A stretch of 63,937 nucleotides of DNA, filler included, from Dugesia japonica (lineage: Eukaryota), in the NCBI GenBank assembly GCA_001938525.1. It is 6 parts of 6 records of this genome, joined end to end, with 100 filler letters (N's around TTAATTAATTAA, not from the genome) between each part and the next. Parts side by side here need not be neighbours in the genome. Positions count along the whole stretch, not along the records: positions 54,169 to 63,937 come from MQRL01631570.1; 5 more parts are not named here. One strand, 5' to 3'. Positions 63,878 through 63,937 of the stretch are shown here, piece after piece; within the stretch, counting starts at the first letter, position 1; each line of letters starts with the position of its first letter. The position numbers were made by a program, and so were the translations under genes. The notes under the pieces were generated by a model. It was not told the origin of the DNA and searched no databases. It was given only the letters and a program-made list of their open reading frames with translations.

Positions 63878-63879
<2 letters not shown>

Positions 63880-63926
<47 letters not shown>

Positions 63927-63937
63927 GTTATTATTAT
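63880..63937. repeat. (TTA)n microsatellite, right flank of solo LTR
   Basis: Read directly. Confidence 0.97.

Larger units (their letters stand above)
59399..63879 (-). mobile_element. Complete solo long LTR (4481 bp) inserted in (TTA)n, carrying ORF array
   Basis: Minus strand TGTTGGGGTGAAACAC...GGGACCCCAACA, the same termini as the TSD-flanked copy at 44993-47410; TTAT on both sides; no gag/pol inside. Size recalls the giant planarian Gypsy (Burro-type) LTRs, an assignment that needs a library check. Confidence 0.88.

Noticed and set aside
59399-63879. Interpretation as a TIR DNA transposon
   Set aside because: Only 9-bp inverted ends, TG...CA termini, 4-bp TSD and promoter-to-poly(A) polarity fit a solo LTR better; no transposase present.

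Overview
Very AT-rich eukaryotic repeat DNA, most consistent with a planarian (triclad flatworm) assembly; the host is inferred from composition, (AAT)n tracts and element types, not proven. The window is six separate pieces joined by an artificial 100-bp spacer (N44-TTAATTAATTAA-N44), so adjacency across spacers has no biological meaning. No intact host gene is evident. It contains decayed Ty3/Gypsy retrotransposons (one complete with LTRs, PBS and PPT, interrupted by a hAT transposon with an 8-bp TSD), hAT and piggyBac-like MITEs, Penelope-like fragments with degenerate hammerhead ribozymes, and Polinton/Maverick genes (integrase, minor capsid, lytic/core protein, major capsid, protease, ATPase, pPolB fragment). 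The most striking feature is a family of very long LTRs (2.4-4.5 kb, TGTTGGGG...CCCCAACA, 4-bp TSD). These LTRs carry an ordered array of small orphan ORFs, each with its own splice acceptor, stop and AATAAA. Several begin AG|TG, while a conserved upstream donor is A|GTAA, so splicing would assemble the AUG start codon. All translations and alignments were done by eye; no database searches were run.
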